Of a stretch of 55,415 nucleotides of DNA, positions 25,582 through 38,926 are shown piece after piece. The translations under genes were made by a program, and so were the position numbers. Numbering within the stretch: position 1 is the first letter of the stretch; the number at the start of each line of letters is the position of its first letter. The stretch comes from Catajapyx aquilonaris (Eukaryota), in the NCBI GenBank assembly GCA_000934665.2, contig KZ538661.1, positions 1-55,415 of the forward strand, read 5' to 3'. Under the pieces are notes generated by a model, which did not search any database, was not told the origin of the DNA, and saw only the letters and a list, made by a program, of their open reading frames with translations.

Positions 25582-28500
25582 CTAGGATTCACAATAACAA
25601 TACTTCTTCATGTTGTAATCGTCCACACATCGACTCTGATTGCCATACACATTTATCCGACTCACAGCACCAGTCAGTTTCATATTCGGTGGGTTACCTG
25701 GCCGATGCCTGACTGTGGCTTCAAAAGCAGCACCACTAGGCTCCACAGACACTGTTAATACTATCTCTGTCGAGGCTTTCTTGTCCTTCTCCAACTTGTC
25801 GTTCGTCGGAGCATGTTTTCTCACATCAAGGATTTTATCCAATTTCAACTGGGCACACTGAGGATATGATTGGAGCATCGAATTCAAGCTGTTTAAGAGG
25901 AATTCAGAGGTTTGGTCGACTCTAGGGTCTTCTTGTGGCATTGCTTTGGTGACATGGCACGTACACCAGTGGTCTTCAATTCCTGCCTGAAGACACGTCC
26001 TAGTCTCCGGGACAGGAAGAAACAGACTGATTCCTCTTGGCACATTCCTGGATAGTTCTAGGCTGCGCTCCTTGATGGCCTCTTTGGTCAAGCGGGACAA
26101 ATCAGATAAGTCCATTAGGGTTTCGTGCAGATCAAATGGACTAGTAAGAAGACGCGAATTGCGACGAAGATTGTTGTAAGCGGAAGAATACTTCTGTTTG
26201 AACTCTTGTGGGAAGACGAAGTACACGAATGGAAGCCTCTCCTCCATCTTCCCCTGGAATGTCTTCCTGATTCCTCCCCATCTGATTCCATGGTCACTCA
26301 TTAATATTAAAACCGTATTATCTAATACACTGTGGGCTTTGAGTCTTTCCAAAAATGGTAAGAGAATAGGATCTGCTAATTTAGGATAATTGAGGTAGTC
26401 ATGCGACAAGCTTGCTGTCCACACAAAAGAAAAATATGTTTCGTTTTGGAATGTTCTTGCTGCTTTCTCCGAATAATCCAGCATAATCTGCAACAGAAAA
26501 TAAAAATTATTATTACACTGGTATTACTCTCGCTTCATACGTTTTTAATCGTCAATCACAGTTTTATAAATTTAAATGCTGTTAAAAGTTTGCCGCTGTT
26601 GCCTGTCAACATTTCTTTGTGTAAAAATTCTCATATATTACCACCAAGAATTAACACCAACCTGGAAGGCTAGACGATCCCCATAGCACAACTTGGAATT
26701 GAAATCTTTATTGTGGCCGATTTCATCTGCCATTGCCTTCAGCACAGGTCGGATGTAATAATCCGTCGGTTGGATGACAAACCCGACCTTCCCATAATGA
26801 AAGATGCCCATCCAGCAAGCGTCCTCTCCGAACATTGTCCTGTATCCTCTGTTGGACAGGTGCTTCCAAATGAATGGACAGCCGTCGAACTTGGTCGAAG
26901 TAGAAGGCCAGCACACCTTCTTCAGTTCTTCCTCACTTAGCCCGGAAAGGACCGGAACCAAGTTGGGAAAGGTGTTGTCTCCTACTTTGTTGTAACCTTG
27001 CAAGTCGATGGCGTCCATTTGGTTCAGAAGAAAGTGGAGAGAATCTGGCATCTGACGAATCATGTTCAATCGAGAAACTGCGTCAATGCCAACCACTAAT
27101 ATACTAAGCTGGAAAAATAAATCATGCAAATTCAATGGTCAAACCAAGTGTATATTAAACATACCCCTTTTTCTACAGAAGCACTTCTCACTCGCTCTTC
27201 TACATGATTCTTGGGGGGTAAAAAAATGTGGAAGCTTTTATGGAATTCTTTGTTATTTTTATTACTACAGGTAATTCGTATCATTTCCTCATTAATTATT
27301 GTAGCATCCTCAGTAATGACTGTGCAATTCTTACCATACCTGAAAAATAGATTAAATAAATTAAGGAAGGCCAGGAGGTATAATCGAACAACCTACTTAA
27401 ACTTATTATCAGGAGATCTGTCGTATTTTTCAGGATTCTCCTGGATTCTGATCAGCTCTTGGTAGCAACAGGAATAATCCTCTCCTTCAGAGATTCCATA
27501 ATCTTGCAGTGCAAATCGATTAAAAATCAACTGGCGTTCTGAGGAAGTGAAGAGCTGTGCTTCCTTGCCACATTTGATAGGTTTTGGCTTGAACACAAAT
27601 TCCTTGACGGTGGCGTCCAAGGGATTCATGTCCGGAATTGAGCAACTACGGGTCCGCACCAGAAATCCGGTTTGTTGGTGTATATATGAAACGATCTCTG
27701 GTGAACCTAAAAATAAAAACATTACAAAAAATACAAGTATTACAGTTGTAGAAACGGCTATACACCGTGATAAAAATGTGGATTTAAATTCGTATTGAAT
27801 ATTTGGGTGAGTGAAAAATACACTTGGCGACACTTGGCATGTGCCTGTACACCTGTCAACATACAACTCAATTTGAAGCAGATAGCTCCCAGAATCTGCC
27901 ACTCAAGTGTCAAATATAACAGATTATCATTTTAAAGACGCTCATGGAGAAAGGCAGAACCTGTTGGCATCTGACGTGAGCTTTTCAGGAAAATATATTG
28001 AATCACTTTGTTATGTTAATCATCAAAGAGCTTCACAAAACTCAGCACCTGCAGGCTTCTGCACAGAAGATGTCGTGGTCCAAAAACCAGGAAGCCAATT
28101 TTGAATAGATGAGGTGTGTATTTAACTATGCCTTGTAGTCAGTAACTCCCATAATCATTTTAGGTATAAGGAGAATCCTTGGTCTATGACCAAAATACCC
28201 TCCACATTATATCTGACTGCAAGGCTTAATTACGCACAGCATGTGGCAGTAATTAAGTTCAGCTTCTGTTAGTATTGACAGTATTAAAAATATCCTGCTG
28301 GGCACGCCACCCGTCAAGGAAGCTGCTAGATGGGTGGTAGGACGTGCAGGATATTTTCTCTATCCCCATACACTTACTTGGCAGTGGACGCAAATGATTC
28401 AAAAGAGCTTGAGTGGAGTTGGCGGAGTAGTAGAGGAAGACAAGCACACACATGAAGAGGGCAACTGCTAGAACTAATTGTCCCCTGTGTGGTCCGGATG

Positions 28501-28603
28501 ATCCGGAGGATGTAGGTGAGGAATGCTTATTAATTGCGTGGCCATTCATCTTACTTCTGCTATCCAGAGCCATCTGAAAAGGATGTCGTGAGTCATTTGG
28601 CAT
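25582..28603 (-). CDS. DUF229-family protein B
   Basis: Exons (28603 or 28573)-28378, 27706-27397, 27339-27165, 27108-26662 and 26487-25582. Intron positions, phases and motifs match copy A. N-terminal TM segment LVLAVALFMCVLVFLYY. The start codon is ambiguous because the ATG at 28573 directly follows an acceptor-like CCTTTTCAG. Confidence 0.88.
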
Positions 28604-31600
28604 ATATTGTGCTGCTGCTGCCCTGCACCCTTAAGATCGATGCAGCACGAAATCAGCTTCATAACAGGCCGGAATTGCCATTCGATTCCAACACTCGTGT
28701 GAGGCAGCTCCTTTACAAATTGATGGGTCCCTACTTCACGACATACACGCCACGTTACCCGGCTGCATGTTATAGCATATTTGAGGATAATGGAGCTTAA
28801 ACTAGCTCCTTAATGCTCGCTTTTCAAGGTACAAGAAATGGTCTAGTATTTATGATTTCACAGAAGTCGATCATTTGATTCGACCTATCACAGTTCCTAA
28901 TAAGGGGTGATTAAGGTACACCAAATAAATTAAATAGGAACTTGGCGGTTCTCTTGTAAGCAGCATGCATAATCGTTTTTCATGCTAAATCATGTTAGTT
29001 GGTAAGTTAATGTTTAGTCTAAAATAATTTGCTAGCACTTAAACACAGCCAGTCAATCTGTTGGTACTGTATGTCTTTTCGTGATTAAAACTCCAACAGT
29101 CCTGCAGTTGTGGAAAACTGTGCCATTTATAAGTTCTGAAAATATTACGTAAATACGGTATTTTTGGATTTGGAAATCGAATTCTTTTTATTATTTTAGG
29201 CTGCTCTTAGATGTCCTTTGGAAACTAATTATCTATCACGAACACCGAGGGATAAAATTGACAAACGAACATGGCATTGCCGTTCATCAATAATTCAGGT
29301 GACGTGAAATCTGCTGATTAAATCGAGTCACGTAACGTCGCTCTTTCAATGATTGCAAAAGTGTCTTTGACGCGGTCATTTCCCAACGTCATGTAAGGTG
29401 CAGTGATGCTGAGAGTAGACTATAAATATTTGGAAGCGGACTATAGTTTTGAAAACCTGTCCTCAGAAAATAATTTGTTTAAAAATATGAATTGAGCCAC
29501 CAATAACTTTTGAAATAAATATTACAAGTACCAAGTAATTAAAGCCATCATGAAGCATCATACAGTGTGTTATTATTGTTCAACAAAAAACAACCATGTA
29601 ATTACTACCACATACTGTAGGGCCGTTGACATAACACTAAGGATTATTGTCGATTGGTGACTCAAAAATAAATATCAATAACTATTAAATACACTTGCAA
29701 ACATGATCCAATCACAAAACTTGCGTGGCATGTGAACGGCCCAAAATAACGTAACCAAGAATAAAATACGCAAAATACGTGCAGCAGTACAACACTGTAT
29801 ATTAAACACTTACACCTTGCACAAGTACTACGTTATTTTTGGATAATAATAAGCAATGAAACATACGTGTGCGCGAGGGGTTCAGTGAAGAGGACCTTTC
29901 AGAAATATATAAGCATGCTATCTGTGTGATTGCACCTGGTGACAGGTAGGTGTAGAGGTCGAAAATCGACCAGAAAGTGACAGTAAATCTTGGTATAGAG
30001 GAACCATGAGTAATTAGGTCATATTTGTGCTCATAACCATATGTTAATATAGACTGCACTCTGCACATCACTATACCTCTGTTCCTACGAGTCAAGTTGG
30101 CCGCTCATGCTTCTGTTACAGAGCTCTACGAATGCACTAGGCTGATATGTGGGGTAAATGTAATATGCTGTCTGAATAATATCGTACCACTACTGAATAA
30201 GGCTAGGACAACCGGCAACGGCATTGAATTTACGAGACAGGCTCAGTGATGTGGAACTGTACCCTTGAATTTAGGATGTACATATAGTATGTCACGTGGA
30301 TGACGATGTAGTCTATGAATGTAGACTACTAATGCGTTGTGATTAGGTGAAATGCTCGGGATCGTGAAGCACCTGCCATTGCTACGCTGCCATATTTTAC
30401 ATATTATGTTCCTAAATTTTTTGCAAATGTAGTAGTAGCAAGTATTGAAACTGAATTGAAGTTTCGATGCCAATTCCTTAGCTACATTCATGCAGTTGCC
30501 AAATGCATACACTCGTATGCATTTGACAACTTAATATCCGATATCTGTAGCCTATATACAGAGCATATTATGCAGTGTGTTTCAAATGAGGTATTTAAGT
30601 TCGCTTTAAAAATTTCTCATTAACACGCTTATTTTCAGCATTTACCGGTAAAATGTCTACATTTAGAGGTTGTCAAAACATTATATGCTAATATTATGTT
30701 GAGTAGGTGCATCCATTTAAAGGCATGCAGGAGAGTGTAGCCAGGAAGAAATATTTGGCTGATCATTGACTTCATATGCCAGTGAATTAAAGAGATCAAT
30801 CTCAAAGAATATTTCTTATTTATGACCAGAAATTCTCCCATTCAGCCTAATATTACACGTCAATATTTTTGACGTACGCTAATTACACTGATATATCTGC
30901 TTGATAATAAACAGCAGAATGCAAAAAAACGTCAACCCTTATTATGGACAATATTCAACAGGAACACACTGCATAATTAGGACGTGAATCAACTAATTCT
31001 GTGATGTGTAACTTGAATAATTATTTAAAAAAGTAAACAAGAGAAATACTGTATTTACCCATTTTAAATGGATGCTCAGGGACAGGCTTCTCACTTTTCA
31101 CATGATGCGAAGAGCTCGTCCACTCTATGGCGTATATACAGCACGACACAAGCCACAGCAACATTAAATATTATGATGTGAGAATAGCTTTGTCCCGGAA
31201 ACATGTGTAGTTTGTCAGTGGGGCTGAGAAACTCATCGCTGAACTTGGCTATTATTTCCCCAAGCCATATGCATATCATAGTGATATTGATTGCAAGGCT
31301 ACCTTGAACCTCAATAGACCATTCAATCTATTCTGACATAACTGACAAACTGAACTCCTGGGAGTAGGCCATAACAAAGAGCACACTATTATTTTTGAAA
31401 GCTATATTATTTTCTTGATGGAGGGCTAAATCCTAGCATGCAATGAATTAATTTGCTTTAATAGAATAATTAATTAAGTAATTAATACATACGCGTGAAT
31501 TACGTCAAAATATTAATGAAATCGTATGTGCCCTTTGGCAGAATCAGTAAATTAAAGCGTCTAAGAATGGTTGGTTCGATGTGTGAGGGGGAAGGAAAGT

Positions 31601-34600
31601 TCTGTGCTTTATTGCCCGAAAAGTAATCATTAAGCTATAGGAAGTGAGAGAGAAGCCAACAGATCGATAGTGCAATGTTTTATGTCCTTTAGCAGATTAC
31701 GGTTAAGCGGTACCTAATTACGCGAGATAAATAAAATGTTCATTATGTTTCATTAATTACCATGCATATACGGTATTTAAGGCAGCAATAAAACTGATGC
31801 ATGCAATTAAAGTTTATACATGCACAACTTTTATTAAGCCCCCTAAGCCAAAAGCAATAAGGGATTTGACCTTAGAAGGATGAAGTGATTGAGGTCATTC
31901 TCGTGAAATTGAATTCACGCCAGTACAGGGGGTCCAACGTAGTAAATAAATATAATTCCGCTGACGTCTCGTCGATCAGTTTGCAACATCAGATTAACAT
32001 TAATGGTTTCAAATATAAAACCGTTAACGTAGGCTAGGGGAGATATTGCAATATTTAACTGTAGTCAATGTCATTACCAAGTCTTTACCTTCAATATCCG
32101 TGTCACTTGAAATTCACGCTCTGGTGATATATGTGCAAATAAACACACACAACAGCTGCAGATTATAAAGTGACAGTTGTCGTAGTTGTGCACTGTGCAT
32201 CACTGAAGGGATTGCACAAAACGTCTATATGTTAATAACTTACACGATATCACGAGTGTGAGGAAACGGATGACATGTCAGAGCATCCGGATTTATCTCC
32301 TTGTGAAAAAAGGGCAACAGGACAATATTGATAACCCCTGAGAAAACGAGACTAACATGAGTGTAGTGCATATACACTGCCACTGCCACGAGAAATCCAC
32401 TAGTTTTTAAAATCCACAACCTGAGCTGTACTATACACCTGTGCACGGTACCACCTTTGATAAGATATGAATGGTCACATTGCATGACACGCGGGTTCAT
32501 GTGCCCTAAATTTTGTAACAGCGCAACTTGGCCATCAGAAAATGGCAATACATACATGGCCATGTACGTACTTTTTAAAAATGAAAGTGCCAACAGACCC
32601 ATCCCCCCTACCTGTCAGAAGAGTGTCGTTTCCATCAGCACAGCATCCCTGGTTGTCATGCCAACCGATCTCCGATGACCTCCTGCGACAGGATGCTGGT
32701 GACCTCTCCGCGACGAGTTTTGAGCAGCATCCCTACGTAACTCGGATGCTGGCTGATCTGAGTTGCATGGCCTGAAGGGCTAGAATTCACATCGGATTTT
32801 GGCCTCGGCGAAAATCTTCCGCGCAGACCACCCCCCCCCNNNNNNNNNNTTCTGGTTGCCATGGTTTCGTACGTTCAATCGAACGCACGCCGTCCACACC
32901 GAAAACTGAACCTTTCATCTATAACACTCCACTTTCTGGCTTGATGTGTAATCTGACGTGGTCAATAACACGGGGTGTTACAAGTTGCAAAATAAGCCCC
33001 TACTGATCGCATTTTTTTTCAGTTGGCTCCTCGTCACGAACTATACACCACAGCATGAGCATACGCACATGCAAGGAGGTTAACGTCCAAAAGAAGTGCG
33101 TCAATATGCAGTATTTATTGTAGTCAGTGGCTAACTTTCATTTAGCAATTATTCTTGACATTAGGTTATACTGCGATTTTTTTTAAAAAAGGGTACAAAT
33201 GATATCATCATTGACATAATGACAGTCATTATAATTCATTAAAAGTAGGTTATTACCGCGAAATAAAATAATGTCATTAACCTTTGGAAGTATCGGACTG
33301 CACAAGCAATACACTATTTATCACCAGATAAGTCTCGTTGCCGCAACTGTTGAGTTGAAATACCTTTCACAGCTGTATGCTGCATAAATATTTTGCAGAT
33401 GCCTCGGAAGGACTGTACACCACATTTTTTGATTATGAACAGTAACGCATACTCCCTTCATAAATAAATGAAAGTAAGTAGAAAATAATCTACTGTTGGC
33501 TACTCCAGAATGTGATAGTTATTACATTATTAGACGCATTATTTGTCTGTGCTGGATGTTACGATTACTGATTAGGCATAAAATAACCTATTTGTAGCAG
33601 ATTGTATCTCAGATCTGCAAGACTGAGTTCTAATGACGAGTTTTGCTGTTTCTATTCTAAGGTCCTTTATGTGCAGTGGCAGTGCAATGTAAGCAGGTAT
33701 CCTCTGTTATGTTCTCTGGTTAGAAGATAGTGATAATATGGCCTACCTGACGGAAAATGTCACCTTACCGAGTTCCTCAAAATATTCTTCGCTAAGATAA
33801 CGCTTTCTTGAGCAGCCAGTGGATTTCACAAAAAATGTAATCCTATTACGACAAGGACAATATAGATAAGGTGATCAGTGATAAGATCTGTCTATACACT
33901 ATACAGACCATGTTGAGGCCAATGTTAGAAAAGTAAGGCGCCGTACGGTGTATACCAGGAATAATATTATGTTGTATAGTCAAAGAAGTATAGGCTACAT
34001 TCTGCCAATCCGAACGTACAGAGAAGTTGAGTTTTTAAATAATTTGGTAGTGCTGACCTCCGACATCGGAGGTAGGTATTGCACGGACCTTTATGTGTAC
34101 TTGGGTCGTATACAATTAGAACGTTTTTTCGAAGCGCCCGGGTCATAGGGCATGGCGACTGCAAGTCGCATGTGCCATGGCTCAAAGAGATCATTTTGTG
34201 CATTCCTCACGGTGGTTGTTGAATTTTAAAATATTGGAAACACCTCTACATATTACGAGTGTTGGATTTATTGTCACAAGAATTAGCATTAGGCCTACAT
34301 CTCTTCAATAAATAAACTAAAACATAATCAAACACTCTGCATAATTAAAACACAAAATTATAAAGATCGAGTAGTTCTGCCGAGAAAGATTGGGCATTAT
34401 AATGAAAAAGTTTGTCTTTGATGACTGAAGGGACGGCAAGTGGAAGAAGGGGAGAGGTGGATGGGCAGTTGACAGCACGAAGACACTAGCATTTTCTGGA
34501 GGTGGTACCTTATGAACGCAATTTGAAGAGCCAGTGCCTAATCCCTAATGCAGTATATGAATCATAAATCGTAGATTTACAGTTGGTAATGAGCAATGCT

Positions 34601-34835
34601 GTTGTTGTTTGCTATACTCCACTACGTTAAGGATTGTTAAGCATACATTATTAATATTGGTACAGAACACTAATAATTCGTTGAATGAATACATTCTTTC
34701 GGGCCATGAATACTGAACTAGCTTTCGTTTTTCAATTTAAGATATTGAAAAGACACAACTTGACCCCCTCGTCGGCGTATAGGTCCCGCAACAAAAAAAT
34801 TGTCGCCGACACGCAGAGGTTCGTTTGGCCTGAAA

Positions 34836-37800
34836 TTACCCACAGTAACAGTACTTCTTCATGTTATAATCATCTACGCAGCGACTTTGATTGCCATACA
34901 CATTCAACCGACTCACACTGCCAGTAAGCTGCATATTCGAAATATCGCTCCCAGGCTGATACCTGACAGTGCCTTCAAAAACAGCACCACTTGGCTCCAC
35001 AGACACTGTTACCACTATATCTGTGGAGGCTTTCTTGTTGTCCTTCTCCAACTTGTCATTCGCCGGAGCATGCTCTCTCACATCAAGAATTTTCTCCAGT
35101 TTCAACTGGGCACATTGAGGATATGATTGGAGCATCGAATTCAGGGTGTCTAGGAGGAATTCAGACGTCTGGTTGACTCTAGGGTCTTCTGGTGGCATCA
35201 CTTTGGTTACATGGCACGTGCACCAGTGGTCATCTATTCCTGCTTGAAGACACGTTCTTGTCTCCGGCACAGGTAGAAAAAGACTGATTCCTCTTGGCAC
35301 ATTCCTGGACAGTTCCAGGCTGCGCTCCTTGATGGCTTCTTTGGTCAAGCGGGACAAATCAGACAAGTCCATTAGGGTTTCGTACAGGTCAAATGGACTA
35401 GTTAAAAGACGCGAGTTGCGACGAAGATTGTTATAAGCGGAAGAATATTTCTGCTTGAACTCTTGCGGGAAGACGAAGTACACGAATGGAAGCCTCTCCT
35501 CCATCTTCCCCTGGAATGTTTCCATGATGCCTCCCCATCTAATTCCATGGTCGCTCATCAGTATGAAAACCGTCTTGTTTAACACACTATGAGCCTTGAG
35601 TCGTTCCAAAAATGGCAGAAGTAAAGCATCTTCCAACTGAGGGTAATTGAGATAGTCATGTGACAAGCTAACTGTCCACATGAACGAAAAATACTTCTCA
35701 TTTTGAAATGTTCTTGCAGCTTTTTCAGCATTTTCCAGCATAACCTGCAATTTTGGTGAACGGTTTTATGTTTCGCGTTTACAGCTGGAAAAGGAAACAA
35801 AATCTCAACTATAGATTACCCAATACCAACCTGAAATGCCAGACGATTTCCGTAGCACAACTTGGAATTGAAATCATTATTGTGGCCAATTTCATCTGCC
35901 ATAGCTTTTAGCGACGGACGTGGGTAGTAATCGGTTGGTTGTATCACAAACCCGACCTTTCCGTAATGGAAGATGCCCATCCAGCAGGCGTCTTCCACGA
36001 ACATTGTACGATATCCTCTGCTGGTCAAATTCTTCCAAATGAAAGGACAGTCGTCGAATTTGGTGTCTGCATCTGGCCAGCAGACATTCTTAAGCTCTCG
36101 ATAATCTAGACCGGTAAGGACCGGCACCAAATTAGGAAAAGTGTTGTCTTCAACTTTGTTGTAACCTTGCAAGTCGATCGCATCCATGTGGTGCATTAGG
36201 AAGTTGCGAGTATCAGGCATCTGACGAATCATGTTCACCCTAGAAACTGCATCAAGTCCAATCACCAATATGCTGAGCTGGAATAAGATAATGGTTTTAT
36301 GAATTGGGCAAACATTCATTAACCTAATTAGCCTACCCCCTCTGTATTGGCACTGCTCTTAGCGCGTTCTTCGACATGTTCTTTACGGACAAGAAAATTG
36401 TGGAAGTCTTTATGAAATATTGTGTTGTTTTTATCGTAGCAAGTAATTCGTATCATTTCGACTGTAATGTTTGTCACTTCTTGTGTAATACTGGTGCAGT
36501 TGTCATTATACCTGCGAAAAATGATGAATAGAGCCAATTAGTACGAGACCGCTGACAGTTGGAGGTTCTGTGCTGGAACCTCATGAGCCAGAAAAATGAT
36601 GTAGGCGTACTGAAATTTCTCATCAGGCGACCCACTGTAATGATCAGGGTCCTCTTGAATTCGGATCATTTCTTGAAAGCAACAAGAATATGTGTCACCG
36701 TCGAATATTCCATAATCGGGGAGTGCATACTGATGAAAAATCAATTTATCTTCGGTAGATGTGAAAAGGTGAGAATCTATGCCGCACTTGATAGGCTTTG
36801 GCTTAGATACGAATTCCACCACTGTTGAATCAAAAGGGTCCATGTACGGAATAGAGCAGCTGGGAGTCTTGACCAGAAACCCAATATGTTCTTTTGGGAA
36901 TACTTCGGTTACCACGTCATTTTCAGCTGAAATAATGACGTTTTTAAAAATTGCATTGATGCATTGCCTTATTATTATTATTTTGTTCTCTGTCTACATC
37001 AGTACAACATTGCAGTGGATGTTTGGGTCTGACCAATACAACTTTCTGCAATCCATGCCTTGGGAGATTAGTTAAAATGGTCAGTTACCACGGTGACATC
37101 CAAGCTTCCATTGTAATCTAGAAATAGGCAGATTATATTGCGAACACTTTTCGTGGCGAAGCAGTTATTGTAAATGCATGCGTTAAACAATAGATAGTAC
37201 CAAATTAACCGTTGCAGCACAGGTGTGGGATGTGTTTGCAATAAAGCATATTGCACAGCACACCCAATAATGAAGGCTATGTTATAACTTTATTGTTTCT
37301 ACTACGGTACAATTTAATATTGTATCAGTGTGTATATGTCACTGCTTTGGTACTGGTATCAAATTCTGAATTCCCATAATAAATCACAGTTACAAAAACC
37401 TAATTAGACATGTGATTCTGAAAATCAGCATTACGTTGATCTCATATAAAATAATTTGACACCTGTTGGATGTTGACGTAAAATGAGCATGTTTTCTCTC
37501 TCTACTGTAGGGTGTAGGCTAATAGGTTCCATGACTTGGAAAATGTTGCTTGTATTAATCCATGATGTTATTCAGTTTCGTTATCAATGCTGCATTAAGC
37601 ATGAAGTTAGAATGAATTTCATGCAGTTGAAGTCATTTAGCAATAGCACGTTGACTTTACCAGATGTGCCCTTATGAATACGCAAATATGCAATACATAT
37701 ACGGTACAGAGGGAACGCTTTACGTCGTCAATTTTTATGCAGACTATATGCATTCATTGCAAACCCCCGACTGAATAAATATTAGTTACCCTCAAATTGC

Positions 37801-38926
37801 AAAGGACAAAAATTATTGCTTTATTATCCACTATTCGGTATGTGGTACGACAATCATGTTAGTCACTTTGTAGGGTCACTGAGGTTTACAATGAAGCATC
37901 AGATAGAATCACCATCTTAACGTGAACACCTGCAACAACACTGCACACTCTTCTACATCGTGTGAATGAAATAAGTGAGCCTTTATTGCCGAATGATAGA
38001 GTGACTCGAAAGAGACATTTTTTTTGCCAATACACTTGTCCTCAATAAGCTGTGGGCCAGAACTTTTGAAACCTAGTGTATCCTAACATAAATTATGCTA
38101 ACCTAACATATAACCTAACCTAACCTGACCTACCCCAACCCAACATAACCTATCCTCCTACTTAACCTATACCATAACTAACCTAGGCTGAGATAAATGG
38201 ATTTTAAAGAAACGAAATTGTGGGGCGTTTGGCCCGTGGGGACCGAAAATGTCCCCACAAATGGGAGGACGTCCCCACAGTTACAGTAAAACTCCCATCT
38301 TCTACTGTACCGCATATTACTTTCATATGAGGTAGTACAAGCCGAGTGCAATAATTAGTGCCGTACAGGGGAGGTGTGGTGGACGAGATGGTAACGTCTC
38401 AGGTTTCTGAGTGAAAGGTCCCAGGTTCGATCCCCGCCTGGGATTTACCTTTCATCTGCGTCGGGAGGGTCTCTGACCCGCACTTTTGGAAGTGTCTGGC
38501 AACCTAACCTCCTGGGGGACTGCACATGGCCCAGTATGAGACATTGTACCTGCACCCGTGTCCCCTCCCCGAAAATCCCTATCCTTACCCAGCAATGTCC
38601 TTGATTGCTTGCACCGGAGATTGAAGGAAAATGTAGCCTATATATAATCATATAAACACTAGAAAACTGATGGTGGTGTGCCACCCCCCTACAAGAGCTT
38701 AGAGCGCTATCACGGGGTAAAATAATACCGTAATAAAATAACGAAAATAATTATTATTGTCGTACTTACTTGGAAGAGGGTAAAGATTCGATAAAGCTTG
38801 AGAAAATGTGTCAGTTGAGCGTGCGAAGTAAAAAATGTATAATCCACACATTGTCAGTATAGCAATTGCTAATACTGAGAATTTCTTTTGTCGCAAGCGT
38901 AATCCAAAAGATGCCAGTGTTGACAT
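34836..38926 (-). CDS. DUF229-family protein C
   Basis: Exons 38926-38770, 36926-36611, 36511-36337, 36277-35831 and 35744-34836, with the same architecture as A and B. TM segment FSVLAIAILTMCGLYIFYF. Exon 1 ends ...PLP-A|GTAAGT exactly as in copy B. Confidence 0.9.
38082..38279. repeat. Degenerate (CCTAA)n tract followed by a GC-rich hairpin; probably a non-autonomous transposon relic
   Basis: Imperfect CCTAA/TAACC repeats at 38082-38185. Perfect 8-bp stem GTGGGGAC-CGAAAAT-GTCCCCAC at 38236-38258, inside an outer inverted pair (about 38219-38228 and 38269-38279). Confidence 0.55.
38368..38635 (+). mobile_element. tRNA-derived SINE in intron 1 of DUF229 copy C
   Basis: tRNA-like head with A box TGGACGAGATGG and B box GGTTCGATCCC but no intact cloverleaf. 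The body is similar to a diverged copy at about 46600-46850 (-). The 3' boundary is approximate. Confidence 0.7.

Noticed and set aside
9933..32849. N bases at 9933, 15570 and 32840-32849
   Set aside because: All lie in poly-C runs. They are sequencing or assembly uncertainty rather than biology, and run lengths there are unreliable.
32853..32868. RFX X-box-like GTTGCCATGGTTTC
   Set aside because: The second half-site deviates from consensus and there is no ciliary gene nearby to support it.
38368..38445. Possible second tRNA gene
   Set aside because: A and B boxes are present, but the acceptor and anticodon stems do not pair and there is no oligo-T terminator. It continues into a repeat body, so it is a SINE head.
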